Below, piece by piece: positions 33,062 through 43,261 of a stretch of DNA of 64,000 nt. Origin of the DNA: an uncultured delta proteobacterium (GTDB lineage Bacteria > Myxococcota_A > Polyangia > Polyangiales > Polyangiaceae). The stretch's first letter is position 1; the number at the start of each line of letters is the position of its first letter. The notes beneath the pieces were generated by a model, which was not told where the DNA came from, did not search any database, and saw only the letters and a program-made list of their open reading frames with translations. The stretch covers positions 992,001-1,056,000 of the forward strand of contig CAWKKR010000008.1 of the NCBI GenBank assembly GCA_963850305.1. The letters run 5' to 3'. The position numbers and the translations under genes were made by a program.

Positions 33062-35481
33062 CGGGGACGCGCCGGAGCCGCGCACCGTCCCTCCGAGCGC
33101 ACCGCGCTGTCGGCGAGAGCCCGGACCGGAGGCGGTACACCTGCTCCGCGGAGAGGCGCGAGCCGCCGTTCCAGATCGGGCGGGTGAATGGCTTCGAGCG
33201 CGAGGACCGCGTTTCGACCAATGTCGTTGTCGGATTGTTGGTCGCTGCGACTTTGTAAGCGGCGCGCGTACGTGGTCAACCGATCGACCGAGCCCACGTC
33301 GCACACGAGACCCAGCGCGAGAGCGGCCGCAGCGCGCACCGCTGGAACTTCGTCTTCATCGTCGAGGCGCGCTCGAACGCGCCGCGTGTCCGAGACGGCA
33401 TGAAGCGCACCGATGCTGCCGAGCGCGGCACGCCGGACGTCCGGTGCGTCGTCGTCCTCGAGCGCGTCGCCGAGCGCGACCTCGGTCTCCGGCGCGGGCG
33501 AAAGCCCAGCGAGCGCGCGCGCCGCCGCGACGCGAACGAGCGGCCACGGATCGTGCTTCAGCACGTAGACGAGACGTTCCCGCGCGCCGTTGAGCCCGCC
33601 GCGTCCGAGGGCTGCCGCCGCCGCTTGACGCACCCGGACGTCGGGATCGTCCAGCGCTCGCGACAGCTCCGCATAAAACGGTGTGGGGTCACGCAACGAA
33701 CGAGCAGCTTCGGATCGCACGTAGGCGCTCGCATCCTTCACCAGCGCGTCGCGCAGAAATGCTCGCGCCCCTCCGTCGTCTTTTGCGAGCATGGCGGCGG
33801 GTCCAAGCAGCAGATACCGCGTGCGGAACGGCAGTTTGCCGGTCGCGAGCCGCGCGAACGCATGCTCCGCCGACGCGCCGTATGGTGGCAGGCGTTCACC
33901 GAGCGCCCGCAACAGATCGAGCTCGGCGAGCGGAGCGAGCGTCGCGTCGTCGAGGGCCAACGAGACGGCCGCACGGGCATCGTTGGAGTCCGACGAGCGA
34001 CCGATCGCGACGCGATACGCTCGTCGCGTAGCCGCGTCGCTCGCCGCGAGCAGGGGCACGAGCGCCTTCACTGCCGTCGAGGGTGAGAGATCGGACAATT
34101 CCTCGGCGAGCGCCAGTCTCTCGGTCGCGGAACCATGAACGAGCGCGTCCGCGATGGCCGTCGGAGCCAGATTCGGACACCGGACGAACGCATCCCGTGC
34201 ATGCAGTCGTTGCGCGTCGTAGGGCCCGATGAAGGCCTTGACGTAAACCGGAAGCGCGACGGCGCATGGGGCGTCATCCAGCACATCCAGCGCCACGCGG
34301 CGCCCGCCTTCGTCGAGAGTCGGGAACGCGGCCGCGACGGTCGCGAAGCCCGCCGGACCGCTGGCGCGAAGCACCGCACCCGCCGCCTCCGCGTCGGAAC
34401 CGCCGGACGCGAGCGCGTGCACGAGCTCTTCGGGAGTGCCGCCAACGGCGGGCCGCATCGAGAGCTCCGAAACGCCGACGCGAACGTCACGATCCTCGGA
34501 CTTCGTAGCCTCGAGCACCAGTGCGACGCAGCTCGTTCGTACCGGCGCTGGCAGCGTCGCTTCGTAACGCTCGGAGGCCGTCCTTCCGGCGTCGTCCGGC
34601 AGGCGCACGTGGAAAAGCTCGTGATCCGTCACCAGCCACAGCTCGGACGGCACTCCATCATGCGGCGCCTGACGCCTTGGAACCGCGATCTCGAAGGCCG
34701 TCGCGGGAAGCTCTTCCGGCGCCCCCAGCACGACGAATTCGCCGCGCCCGGCACCCCCGCGATCCTCGAACCAGGCCGTGGTCGGGTCGCCGTCGGAGAG
34801 GGCGCTCGCGGGCGAACCTGGCGCGGCGCTCGTCGCCCAGACGGCGTGGAGCAGTGGCGGAGGCGCCGGAGTGTCGACTCGCTTCGCGAGAAGAACCGGC
34901 GCGCGAGCGCGCTCCGTCTCGTCGAGCCGCTGAACTTTGGCGCTCTTCAACGTCAGAGTCCTCGGGTCCAGCGCCTCGGGCGAGAGAATCGCGGGGCGAC
35001 CGCACAGATTGCGGCCCTCCTCCTCGACCCCCACGTAGACGCCCTCCGGACGCACGAGAACCATGGGGCCGCGGCGTTCGCCGTCCTCGCCCTCGATGAG
35101 TCCGGTGTAGCCGCTGAACGGAACGACGGGCGCGCTGCCCGAGAGCGGCGCCGCCACGATCGCCTCAAATCCGCGGAGCGACGCCGGGTCGCGCATCTCG
35201 ACGACGATTGCTTTTCGTTCGAGACCTAGCCGCACGACCTGTAGTCGTGCGGTCGCGGCGAGCCCGGCCATGTCTTTCGGTACGGGAATGACCAGCGCGC
35301 CCGTCGCGTCACAGGGCACATGGTCGCACACGCGGGCTCGAAGCTGCCCCTGGGCATCGAAGGCCACGGCCAGCACGTGCTGCCCGCCCCCGGCGGCGGC
35401 GATCGCTGGAGTCGTGTTGATCGGTGCGGCGAGGACGCTCGCGCCGAAGAGCGCCAGGAATGCGAATACGCGCGAAGACAC
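33058..35481 (-). CDS. Secreted HEAT-repeat protein with discoidin-like region
   Basis: Signal peptide; DGDPTTAW; repeated D....VR..AA.ALG. Confidence 0.8.
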   Translation of the reverse strand: MSSRVFAFLALFGASVLAAPINTTPAIAAAGGGQHVLAVAFDAQGQLRARVCDHVPCDATGALVIPVPKDMAGLAATARLQVVRLGLERKAIVVEMRDPASLRGFEAIVAAPLSGSAPVVPFSGYTGLIEGEDGERRGPMVLVRPEGVYVGVEEEGRNLCGRPAILSPEALDPRTLTLKSAKVQRLDETERARAPVLLAKRVDTPAPPPLLHAVWATSAAPGSPASALSDGDPTTAWFEDRGGAGRGEFVVLGAPEELPATAFEIAVPRRQAPHDGVPSELWLVTDHELFHVRLPDDAGRTASERYEATLPAPVRTSCVALVLEATKSEDRDVRVGVSELSMRPAVGGTPEELVHALASGGSDAEAAGAVLRASGPAGFATVAAAFPTLDEGGRRVALDVLDDAPCAVALPVYVKAFIGPYDAQRLHARDAFVRCPNLAPTAIADALVHGSATERLALAEELSDLSPSTAVKALVPLLAASDAATRRAYRVAIGRSSDSNDARAAVSLALDDATLAPLAELDLLRALGERLPPYGASAEHAFARLATGKLPFRTRYLLLGPAAMLAKDDGGARAFLRDALVKDASAYVRSEAARSLRDPTPFYAELSRALDDPDVRVRQAAAAALGRGGLNGARERLVYVLKHDPWPLVRVAAARALAGLSPAPETEVALGDALEDDDAPDVRRAALGSIGALHAVSDTRRVRARLDDEDEVPAVRAAAALALGLVCDVGSVDRLTTYARRLQSRSDQQSDNDIGRNAVLALEAIHPPDLERRLAPLRGAGVPPPVRALADSAVRSEGRCAAPARPR

Positions 35482-35524
35482 GCGCGAATACTACTCGATC
35501 GAATTTCGATCGGCTCTCGAGGTT

Positions 35525-36430
35525 CTAATCCTTGTCGTCCGTTGGCGTCGTGAGCTTCCGGGTCCACAGGAACGCACCGCGCCGCCGGCCACCGACGAGC
35601 AGATGATCGGCCAAGGTCCCCGTCCGGCGGAACCCGTTTGCGAGCCAGATCGCAGCAAACCCAGGGTCGTCCGTCGGGCTCAGGGCGAAGCACGCAACCG
35701 TCCCCTCACGCCCGAGACGCTCGCAGAGGACGTGAAGCGCAGCATGCGTCAAGATGACATCGCGCTCCGTTCGCGGCGCAGTGAGGACCTCGACGAAAGC
35801 ATTGTCGAAGCAAGGCTGTCGTTCGACGGAGGCAATGAGCGACCACCCTCCGCGCCCGGTGAAATGATACTCATTCCGCTCGACATCCCGTCTCCCGAAT
35901 GGGTCGAAGCGAGTCAGTGCCTTGCCGGCCCGAGCGGCGCTTGCAATCGCCTTTTTTACGACGGCTTCTGCAGCGGGCTGGAGGCGAACCTGACGAGGGG
36001 ATGGCGGAGCCATCTCCTTCGCCGTTCGCTTCGCCTCGTTGTAAGTCTTCTCGGCGAGCCCTTCCGCGGCCGCACCGCGTTCAGCGGACATCGCTGCGTC
36101 TTCGCCGCCGAGCGCCGGCGGAACCGAAGCGCCGAGCAGGTATGCGTCGCTCCTCTTGAAGAAACCTGGAATCGTTCCCTCGCGCTCGAAGCCCAGTCGT
36201 GACCAGACGCCGACCTCGTCCCGCTCCACGACGGCAAACAGGCGCTCGACACCCTCCCGCTGCGCGATACTGAGGACGTAACCGCGCTTGGTTGGATCCG
36301 CGCCAGCGCGAAAATCGAAAATCCTCATCGTGCGAGCGTGCCGGTTCAGCAGCAAACACAAGGATATCTTCGAGTTTTCGAAGAGTATTTCTTCAGGTTC
36401 CGCTACGGCGGCGGCTGCTCGGATAGCCAT
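35525..36430 (-). CDS. GNAT-fold protein resembling beta-lysine N-acetyltransferase (AblB/YodP-like)
   Basis: LGFEREGTIPGFFKRSDAY and NGFRRTGTLADHLLVGG.....LW.RKL segments. Confidence 0.5.
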   Translation of the reverse strand: MAIRAAAAVAEPEEILFENSKISLCLLLNRHARTMRIFDFRAGADPTKRGYVLSIAQREGVERLFAVVERDEVGVWSRLGFEREGTIPGFFKRSDAYLLGASVPPALGGEDAAMSAERGAAAEGLAEKTYNEAKRTAKEMAPPSPRQVRLQPAAEAVVKKAIASAARAGKALTRFDPFGRRDVERNEYHFTGRGGWSLIASVERQPCFDNAFVEVLTAPRTERDVILTHAALHVLCERLGREGTVACFALSPTDDPGFAAIWLANGFRRTGTLADHLLVGGRRRGAFLWTRKLTTPTDDKD

Positions 36431-36577
36431 GTAGTTGCCCCCGCCCCGACGGGGCATCGCAGCAGTAATTTCGACTATTTAGAATGGATATGCTTTCAAA
36501 TACGCAATCAGGGTAGCATGGCGGTCCGTCCCAGGCAAACGACGGCCCACCGGTTATCCACAGCCACGAAGGCTCTC

Positions 36578-37486
36578 TCATTCCGATAGAGCGGCGGACG
36601 CTGCCTCGGAGACGCCAAGGGCGCGCAGGACATCCCTGGTCTTGGCTCGAGGAACGGAGACACGCGTCGGCATGCCGCCGGTGAGCCCGAAGAGCTTCAG
36701 AAAATTGTAACCGCTGTCGAACCGGGCCGCGATGCTGACGTTGTCAGCGTCGATCACGACGCTCACGGGTTCACGCTCCTGCCCCATCAACAAGAGAAGC
36801 GTCTTGTCCACCCGCTGGTAGCCGAGCGAGATGTTGACGATGGCAACGCCGGGCGCAACCCGGACGTACTCGCGCGCTGCTCGCCGTGTCTCACGCTCCA
36901 CGGGCACCAGTTCCTCGGCGGCGGCGTCAATGGGTTCCCATAGCGATGCGTCTTTGAGCCCGGCTGCCAAGTGACGTACTACTACCCCGAAAAGTCCCGT
37001 ATCCCTGGGACGCGCGCGGAGGGCGCGATTGAGACGGTTGGCCACCTCGCTCGGCGTCCCGAGCCGGGTGTCGATGGCGCGCGCGTCGTCGTCCGCGCCT
37101 GGATACGGCTCCGTGCCTCCACGAATCCACTTCGCGGCGCTCGCAAGCCCGTCGAAGTCCGTGTGGCAAACGATGGTGTCGATGGGACCGATCCGAGCCA
37201 CGAGCGCTTCGTCGATCATCTCGGGGCAGGCGCCGTGCTGCGCTTTCGTCGCAAGGACGAAACGGGGGTCGGTCCGAAAGCGAGCATGTTCCTCATGATC
37301 GTGATGGTCGACCCACGCTCGAAGCCGCTCGCCGAGCCCGTCGATGAAGGGGAGCGTCACGCCGTCGAAGCCGCCGGCCGCTCCGTGCCCGGCAAACGCG
37401 ATGTCCAGCACGATCACGCGCCCCGACAGAGATCTGGGTCTGGGTAACTTCCGGGGCGTGGCAAACGTGATGGTGGGGGAGTGCAT
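36578..37486 (-). CDS. DHH-like phosphoesterase
   Basis: VLDIAF, WVDHHDH, CHTDFDG motifs. Confidence 0.6.
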   Translation of the reverse strand: MHSPTITFATPRKLPRPRSLSGRVIVLDIAFAGHGAAGGFDGVTLPFIDGLGERLRAWVDHHDHEEHARFRTDPRFVLATKAQHGACPEMIDEALVARIGPIDTIVCHTDFDGLASAAKWIRGGTEPYPGADDDARAIDTRLGTPSEVANRLNRALRARPRDTGLFGVVVRHLAAGLKDASLWEPIDAAAEELVPVERETRRAAREYVRVAPGVAIVNISLGYQRVDKTLLLLMGQEREPVSVVIDADNVSIAARFDSGYNFLKLFGLTGGMPTRVSVPRAKTRDVLRALGVSEAASAALSE

Positions 37487-37562
37487 GATGCAACGCGTCC
37501 CGAGTTCGAGTCGGCGGGTACGACCCACGACGTCGCACGAAGACCCGCGCGATGGAGATAGC

Positions 37563-38570
37563 ATGATGGCCGTCGAGATGACGAAGCCCCTCTTTCATAC
37601 TGTCTCAGTTGCGATGTTGCTCTTCTGTTTCGCGGAGCTCGACGCGCGGTCGACGCGCGCGGACGACGCCTGCGCGCTGCACGGTGAACCCGTGCTCGGC
37701 GCTGGGATCGGGATCTACGACGCTCCAAGTGGCGGCAACGAGATCGCGCACTTTACTGGCACGAAGGTCGAGCTGTCCGTGACGTCGCTTGCGGCAGGCG
37801 CGGCCGGTCGTGCCGCCGTTGAAACGACCGGCTTTCGCGTGAAAGGGTTCGTAGAGGCCCGGTCGCTGCCGGTTTTTGCCGCTCACTCGCTTCCCGTGTA
37901 CGCGGGACACGTCTGGATCGCCGCCGCTAGGCGTGTGAAGATTATCGGCGGCGCGGGTGGCAAGGTCCACATCGAAAAGTCGGTCACGACGCCGCTGGTC
38001 GGCGTCTTCCAGAGCTGGACGACGTGCGACGCGCTCACGTTGACGGAAGGGACGCCAGCAGGGTGGTCGCCCTCCGGTAGCGCGCGGGGCTTCGTGTTGA
38101 AGAAGGATCATTTGGACCTGTTCAGCGAGCCGAGGGGGGAAACGGTCGCCTCGCTCGACCGCGCCAGCGACGGCCCCGGCGTTCTGTTCTGGAGCGACGA
38201 CCGCTCCGGCGGCTGGGTGCACGTCGAACATCATGGAGAGGTCGTACTCGACGGCTGGGCGCGCGCGCAGGATCTGTCGCGACTTCCCCCCGGGGAGACG
38301 ATGGACCAGCTGGGACCCACGACGTTCCAGGCCGGTGCGCCGATGCTCCGCGTCCAGGGGAAGACGAAGGAAATTCGAACGACCTCGGCGGTCACGCTCC
38401 GAGCTGCGGGAAGCGATGCAGCGGCCGTGATCGGCGGGATCGACCCGGGCACCGACATCCTCGTCCTCGACGTCGTCGCCGGGTGGGCGAGTGTCCTTCC
38501 CAAGGGGCTCGGCATCGCGCCGGCGGGGAATGCCCAGTTTTGGGCCCGTGCCAAGGACCTCGGTCTCTGA
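37563..38570 (+). CDS. Secreted hypothetical protein with SH3-like repeats
   Basis: Signal peptide; GWV..E.....GW and V.LR.......VIG.I.PG...V.....GW patterns. Confidence 0.6.
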   Translation: MMAVEMTKPLFHTVSVAMLLFCFAELDARSTRADDACALHGEPVLGAGIGIYDAPSGGNEIAHFTGTKVELSVTSLAAGAAGRAAVETTGFRVKGFVEARSLPVFAAHSLPVYAGHVWIAAARRVKIIGGAGGKVHIEKSVTTPLVGVFQSWTTCDALTLTEGTPAGWSPSGSARGFVLKKDHLDLFSEPRGETVASLDRASDGPGVLFWSDDRSGGWVHVEHHGEVVLDGWARAQDLSRLPPGETMDQLGPTTFQAGAPMLRVQGKTKEIRTTSAVTLRAAGSDAAAVIGGIDPGTDILVLDVVAGWASVLPKGLGIAPAGNAQFWARAKDLGL

Positions 38571-38613
38571 TTCACAGATTGCGTCGGACCGCGGGCGCTC
38601 GTAGTTTTCGCGA

Positions 38614-39582
38614 ATGGATAGAGCCCGGAACCTGGCCGTTCGAGAGGCGCTCGCTCACCCGCTCGAACGCACGGATTTCCCCGCCCTCGGCAAGAAGTAC
38701 GAGGGCAAGGTACGCGACAACTACACCGCGAACGACCGTCGCACGATCATCGTGACGGACCGGATCAGCGCGTTCGACCGCGTCCTTGGTACCCTGCCGC
38801 TCAAGGGGCAGATCCTCAATCACGTCGCAAAGTGGTGGTTCGATGAGACTCGCACGGTCGCGGCGAACCATGTGGTGAGCGTCCCGGATCCGAACGTGCT
38901 CATCGCGGAGGAGTGCACGCCGCTCCCGGTCGAGATGATCGTGCGAGCGTATCTGACGGGTTCGACATCGACGAGTATCTGGGTGCACTACCAAAAAGGA
39001 GCGCGGACTTTCTGCGGGCACGCGCTTCCCGACGGCCTCCGAAAGCACCAGCAGCTCTCAGAACCGATCCTGACTCCCAGCACGAAGGCCGCGCACGGGG
39101 ACCATGACGTGTCCGCCGCCCGCGAAGAGATCTTGAAGCTCACGGGCATGCCTGCCGCCGAATTCGACGAAGCTGCATCCATGGCAATGCGCCTGTTCGC
39201 TTTCGGACAGAAGGTCTGCACGTCCCGAGGGCTCATCCTGGTGGACACGAAGTACGAGTTCGGGAAAACGAAGGATGGCCGCATCGTCGTCATCGACGAG
39301 ATTCACACCCCTGATTCGTCCCGATTCTGGTTCGAAAGGACCTATGACGAGCGTTTCTCGCGCGGCGAAGATCCAGAGAGCTTCGACAAGGAGTACGTCC
39401 GGCGGTGGCTCGTCGCTCAGGGATTTCGAGGGGACGGCCCAATCCCGACGATCCCGGACGACGTGCGCATCGATGCGACGAATCGCTACATTCACGCCGT
39501 AGAGACGATCACCGGCGTGACGTTCGAGCCGAACCTGGAGGATCCCCTGCCACGCATCCGTCGAAACCTGGGGCTAGCGTGA
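38614..39582 (+). CDS. purC: Phosphoribosylaminoimidazole-succinocarboxamide synthase
   Basis: GKVRD, TDRISAFD, KGQIL, PVEMIVRAYLTGS, TPSTKA, LVDTKYEFG, DEIHTPDSSRFW. Confidence 0.95.
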   Translation: MDRARNLAVREALAHPLERTDFPALGKKYEGKVRDNYTANDRRTIIVTDRISAFDRVLGTLPLKGQILNHVAKWWFDETRTVAANHVVSVPDPNVLIAEECTPLPVEMIVRAYLTGSTSTSIWVHYQKGARTFCGHALPDGLRKHQQLSEPILTPSTKAAHGDHDVSAAREEILKLTGMPAAEFDEAASMAMRLFAFGQKVCTSRGLILVDTKYEFGKTKDGRIVVIDEIHTPDSSRFWFERTYDERFSRGEDPESFDKEYVRRWLVAQGFRGDGPIPTIPDDVRIDATNRYIHAVETITGVTFEPNLEDPLPRIRRNLGLA

Positions 39583-39625
39583 CGCATCGACCGCTCGCGG
39601 GGACGAGCTTTGGGAGAGGTACCCG

Positions 39626-40474
39626 ATGAAGGAATTCAAAGACAAGGTAGCCCTCGTCACCGGCGCAGCGAGCGGAATCGGCTTTGCACTCGCGGACCGA
39701 TTCGCGTCGGTGGGCATGAAAGTCGTGCTCGTGGACGTGGAGCCCGCGGCCCTCGATTCGGCGGAGGCAACGCTCCGCGGAAAGGGAGCGCCTGTGCTCG
39801 CGATCCGCGCCGACGTATCGAGCGCGGATCAGGTCGAAGACGTCGCGACTCGCGTGTACGCGAAGTTCGGGGCGGTCCACGTGCTGTGCAATAACGCAGG
39901 CGTGGGAATGGGCGGCCTGACCTGGGAACACTCGCTCGAAGACTGGCGCTGGGTGCTCGGCGTGAACCTGTGGGGCGTCATCCACGGCCTGAGAACGTTC
40001 GTGCCGAGGATGATGGCTCAGGGTTCCGACGGTCACATCGTGAATACCGCGTCCGTCGCCGGTCTCATCTCCAGCCCGTACATGTCCATCTACGAAGCGA
40101 CGAAGCACGCTGTCGTGGCCATCACCGAATCGCTGAAGATGGAACTGGACGTGAGCGGAACGAAGCTCAGCGCTTCGGTCCTGTGTCCTGGGTTCGTTGC
40201 CACCAGAATCGCCGATTCCGAGAGAAATCGACCGGCGGACCTCACGGCAGGACGCGTACCCACCGAGATGGCTCAACAGGAGACGATTCGCGAACTGGCG
40301 CGACAGCAGGTCGCTGCGGGCATCAAGCCGGGTGAAGTCGCAGAGATGGTCCTCGAGGCGATCCGGGACGATCGCTTCTACATCCTCACCCACACTCGCT
40401 TCAAAAAGCTGATCCGTCTCCGCATGGAGAACATCCTCGACGGGAGGACTCCGCGCTTCGAGCCTCCCCCGTGA
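39626..40474 (+). CDS. SDR-family oxidoreductase
   Basis: TGAASGIG, NNAG, YEATK. Confidence 0.9.
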   Translation: MKEFKDKVALVTGAASGIGFALADRFASVGMKVVLVDVEPAALDSAEATLRGKGAPVLAIRADVSSADQVEDVATRVYAKFGAVHVLCNNAGVGMGGLTWEHSLEDWRWVLGVNLWGVIHGLRTFVPRMMAQGSDGHIVNTASVAGLISSPYMSIYEATKHAVVAITESLKMELDVSGTKLSASVLCPGFVATRIADSERNRPADLTAGRVPTEMAQQETIRELARQQVAAGIKPGEVAEMVLEAIRDDRFYILTHTRFKKLIRLRMENILDGRTPRFEPPP

Positions 40475-41370
40475 CCGAGGGCGCCGATGGTAACGCACTC
40501 ACGCTACGCCCGATCGACGTCGCCATCGGGGTTCAGGCATTCGCGGCGCGCACGCCGACTTTGCCGCCGGCCACTCACACCAACAGCTACGCGCTGGGCG
40601 GACGTGACGTCCTCATTGTCGAACCAGCAACCCCGTTTGAAGACGAGCAGCGCCAATGGCTCGACTGGTGTCGAAGCCTGGTGTCCAAAGGGCGGCATCT
40701 TGTCGCTATTTTTTTGACGCATCACCATTCCGATCATGCAGGGGGCGCAGAGACCCTGTCGCGCGAGCTGAATCTACCCATCTGGGCGCATGCAGAGACC
40801 TCCTCGCGCCTGCCAGGACTGCATGTTACGCGCCGGCTCGAGGAGGGCGACCGGATCGTGCTCGATGGCCCGAACGCGCAACACTGGACGGTGCTCCACA
40901 CACCGGGGCACGCGCCCGGACATCTTTGCCTCCACGAGGAACTGGCCGGCCCGCTCATCGCGGGCGATATGGTGGCGAGCGTCGGGACCATCCTCGTCGA
41001 TACGGTCGACGGAGACATGCAAAGGTACATCGCCGAGCTCGAGCGGCTGCGGGCGCGGGCGCCGCGGGTGGTACTTCCGGCGCACGGCGAACCGATTGCG
41101 GCTCCGGACGCGCTGTTCGAGCGTTACATCGAGCATCGCCTCATGCGTGAGAAGAAGATATTGCACGCGCTCCGCGCATTCGGAGACGATGGAGCCACCG
41201 CGAGCGACCTCGTCGCGCCCGTGTACGACGACGTCCCCGGAGTCGCCCGCCGGCTCGCGTCCATGAGTATCGCCGCGCACCTGGTGAAACTCGTCCGGGA
41301 AGGCCGTGCCACGACGGATGGGAATCGTCACCGTGCGTCCACCGACGTTCTGGAGCGAGCGCCCGCGTGA
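40471..41370 (+). CDS. MBL-fold metallo-hydrolase
   Basis: THHHSDHAGG, HTPGHAPGH, AGD, PAHG. Confidence 0.9.
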   Translation: MTEGADGNALTLRPIDVAIGVQAFAARTPTLPPATHTNSYALGGRDVLIVEPATPFEDEQRQWLDWCRSLVSKGRHLVAIFLTHHHSDHAGGAETLSRELNLPIWAHAETSSRLPGLHVTRRLEEGDRIVLDGPNAQHWTVLHTPGHAPGHLCLHEELAGPLIAGDMVASVGTILVDTVDGDMQRYIAELERLRARAPRVVLPAHGEPIAAPDALFERYIEHRLMREKKILHALRAFGDDGATASDLVAPVYDDVPGVARRLASMSIAAHLVKLVREGRATTDGNRHRASTDVLERAPA

Positions 41371-41582
41371 CCGACGCCGAGGCATTCGATCGTGGATTCG
41401 TCGCGCTCACGTATCTGCTCGGGCGGCGGGAATCGCTCATCGATGGGCTGATGGCACCCACTCAGGCTGCGCGGCGAGTGGTGCAGGGACTCTCCGCAAG
41501 CGACCGGCTCGAACGCGCGCGGTGTCTTGCCGCCGAACTCCTTCGGATCGTCGGCGCACTCGAGAACCGGAGCCTCGGATGA
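41367..41582 (+). CDS. Small hypothetical protein
   Basis: Coupled on both sides by GTGA/ATGA overlaps. Confidence 0.6.
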   Translation: MTDAEAFDRGFVALTYLLGRRESLIDGLMAPTQAARRVVQGLSASDRLERARCLAAELLRIVGALENRSLG

Positions 41583-42226
41583 CGCTCGCCCGCGGACGGA
41601 TTCTCAGGGACGCCGGATTGGTCGATTGGGGACAGCGTGGAGCGGCCCCGGCAATGCCCCGCGGCCGAAGACTCGAACAGCAGGCCCTACAGGCCACGGA
41701 GCGGGCCAGTCGCATCCTCGAGGCGGCCATGAATCGTGCTTCGGTCCTATTGGCAGATGCTGAACGCAAGGCAGCGGACTGCCGACTTCGTGCCGAAGAG
41801 TTGGCTCGCGCCGGAGCGCTCGCGAGCGTCGCTGCCCTCGCAGTGCGCCTCCGCGCTCGCGAAGTACGCTTCGACGAAGAGTCGCTCGATCGGGCAGTCA
41901 CGCTCGCCACGCTTCTTGCCGAGCGCATGCTCGGCCACACGCTCATCATGTCGCCGACGGAGATTGTGTCGATCGCTCGAGGGCTAATGGCAGAGGCGGG
42001 AGGTGCCCGCAGAATCATCGTGCGCGCAAATGTGGACGACGCGCCCGCATTGAAGAAAGCGATGCAAGATTTCGATCCGGACGGGCGTGTGCACGCCGTC
42101 GTGGTCGACGGAAAGCTCGGTCGAGGCGATTTACGGCTCGAGACGGACGTCGGTGTCGTCGAGGGCAAATTGGGGCCCTCGCTCGAGCGGCTTGCGGCGC
42201 GCTTGCGCGAGGCATTGCGGTCGTGA
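41579..42226 (+). CDS. FliH/SctL (HrpE/YscL)-like protein
   Basis: Ala-rich coiled coil, then LA..LAERMLG..L....VRAN.DD....D..L.RGDL.LET.VG.VE. Confidence 0.7.
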   Translation: MTLARGRILRDAGLVDWGQRGAAPAMPRGRRLEQQALQATERASRILEAAMNRASVLLADAERKAADCRLRAEELARAGALASVAALAVRLRAREVRFDEESLDRAVTLATLLAERMLGHTLIMSPTEIVSIARGLMAEAGGARRIIVRANVDDAPALKKAMQDFDPDGRVHAVVVDGKLGRGDLRLETDVGVVEGKLGPSLERLAARLREALRS

Positions 42227-43251
42227 GCGACGACCTGGAAGAGCTTCGGTTTCCGGCCGCCACGCCGCGCCGAAGCGAAGACGTCTGGTTGCCGCCGGAT
42301 GCCCTGGAACCACCACCCCGCAGGCGTCGCTGGGAGATCAACGCGCTCCTCTTCGTGTCAACCGTCGTATCCGTGTTCGCGACCGGCGCCTACGCGGTCG
42401 ATCCGGACGCAAGTATGACGTGGGGCGGTTGGTTCCGCTCACTTCCTGCGGGCTGGACGTTTGCGGTGCCGTTGCTGACGATCCTGCTATTTCACGAGTT
42501 CGGGCACTACATCGCCGCCCGGCTGCATCGCGTCGATGCTTCGCTTCCGTACTTTCTCCCCCTGCCCAAGTGGAGCCCCTTCGGCACGATGGGCGCGGTC
42601 ATCGCGATGCGTGGGCGCATCCGTTCCCGCGACGCGCTCCTCGACATCGGAGCTTCGGGGCCGCTTGCCGGACTCCTCATCGCGATTCCGGCATTGATCA
42701 TCGGTCTGTCGCTGTCGCCGGTCGCCCCCAACGGCATCGGGGGGAGCCATTACGTTCAGGAAGGGCAGAGCCTTCTTTACGTCGCACTGAAGCGGCTGGT
42801 CGTCGGAAAGATCCCAGCGGGAGAAGACGTTCAGCTCCATCCAACGGCTTTCGCGGGGTGGGCCGGGCTCCTCGTCACGATGCTGAATCTGTTGCCATGG
42901 GGCCAGCTCGACGGGGGGCATGTCGCGTACGCCCTGCTCGGTTCACGCCAACATCGGTTTGCACGGTGGTTCCGTGCCGCGCTCCTCCCGCTCTTTTTTT
43001 ACAACGCCGCCGTGTTCATCTGGCCGGTGGCCATCGGCCGCTCGAGCCTGGGGTTGGGGTTCGCCGTGGCCAACTCTCTTTTCTGGCTCATGTGGTTCCT
43101 CGTTCTCGGCGTCATCGCGCGGTTTTCGGGAGGCGCCGAGCACCCGCCGACAGACCCGGGCGAATTGTCTCCAAAACGCAAGGTGGTGGCAGTCGTGACA
43201 CTGGTCCTCTTCGTACTTCTCTTCATGCCCACCCCCTGGGCCACGTATTGA
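42223..43251 (+). CDS. Site-2 protease (M50)
   Basis: HEFGH, GTMGA, GPLAG, NLLPWGQLDGGH. Confidence 0.9.
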   Translation: MSDDLEELRFPAATPRRSEDVWLPPDALEPPPRRRRWEINALLFVSTVVSVFATGAYAVDPDASMTWGGWFRSLPAGWTFAVPLLTILLFHEFGHYIAARLHRVDASLPYFLPLPKWSPFGTMGAVIAMRGRIRSRDALLDIGASGPLAGLLIAIPALIIGLSLSPVAPNGIGGSHYVQEGQSLLYVALKRLVVGKIPAGEDVQLHPTAFAGWAGLLVTMLNLLPWGQLDGGHVAYALLGSRQHRFARWFRAALLPLFFYNAAVFIWPVAIGRSSLGLGFAVANSLFWLMWFLVLGVIARFSGGAEHPPTDPGELSPKRKVVAVVTLVLFVLLFMPTPWATY

Positions 43252-43261
43252 CGTCGCTGTA

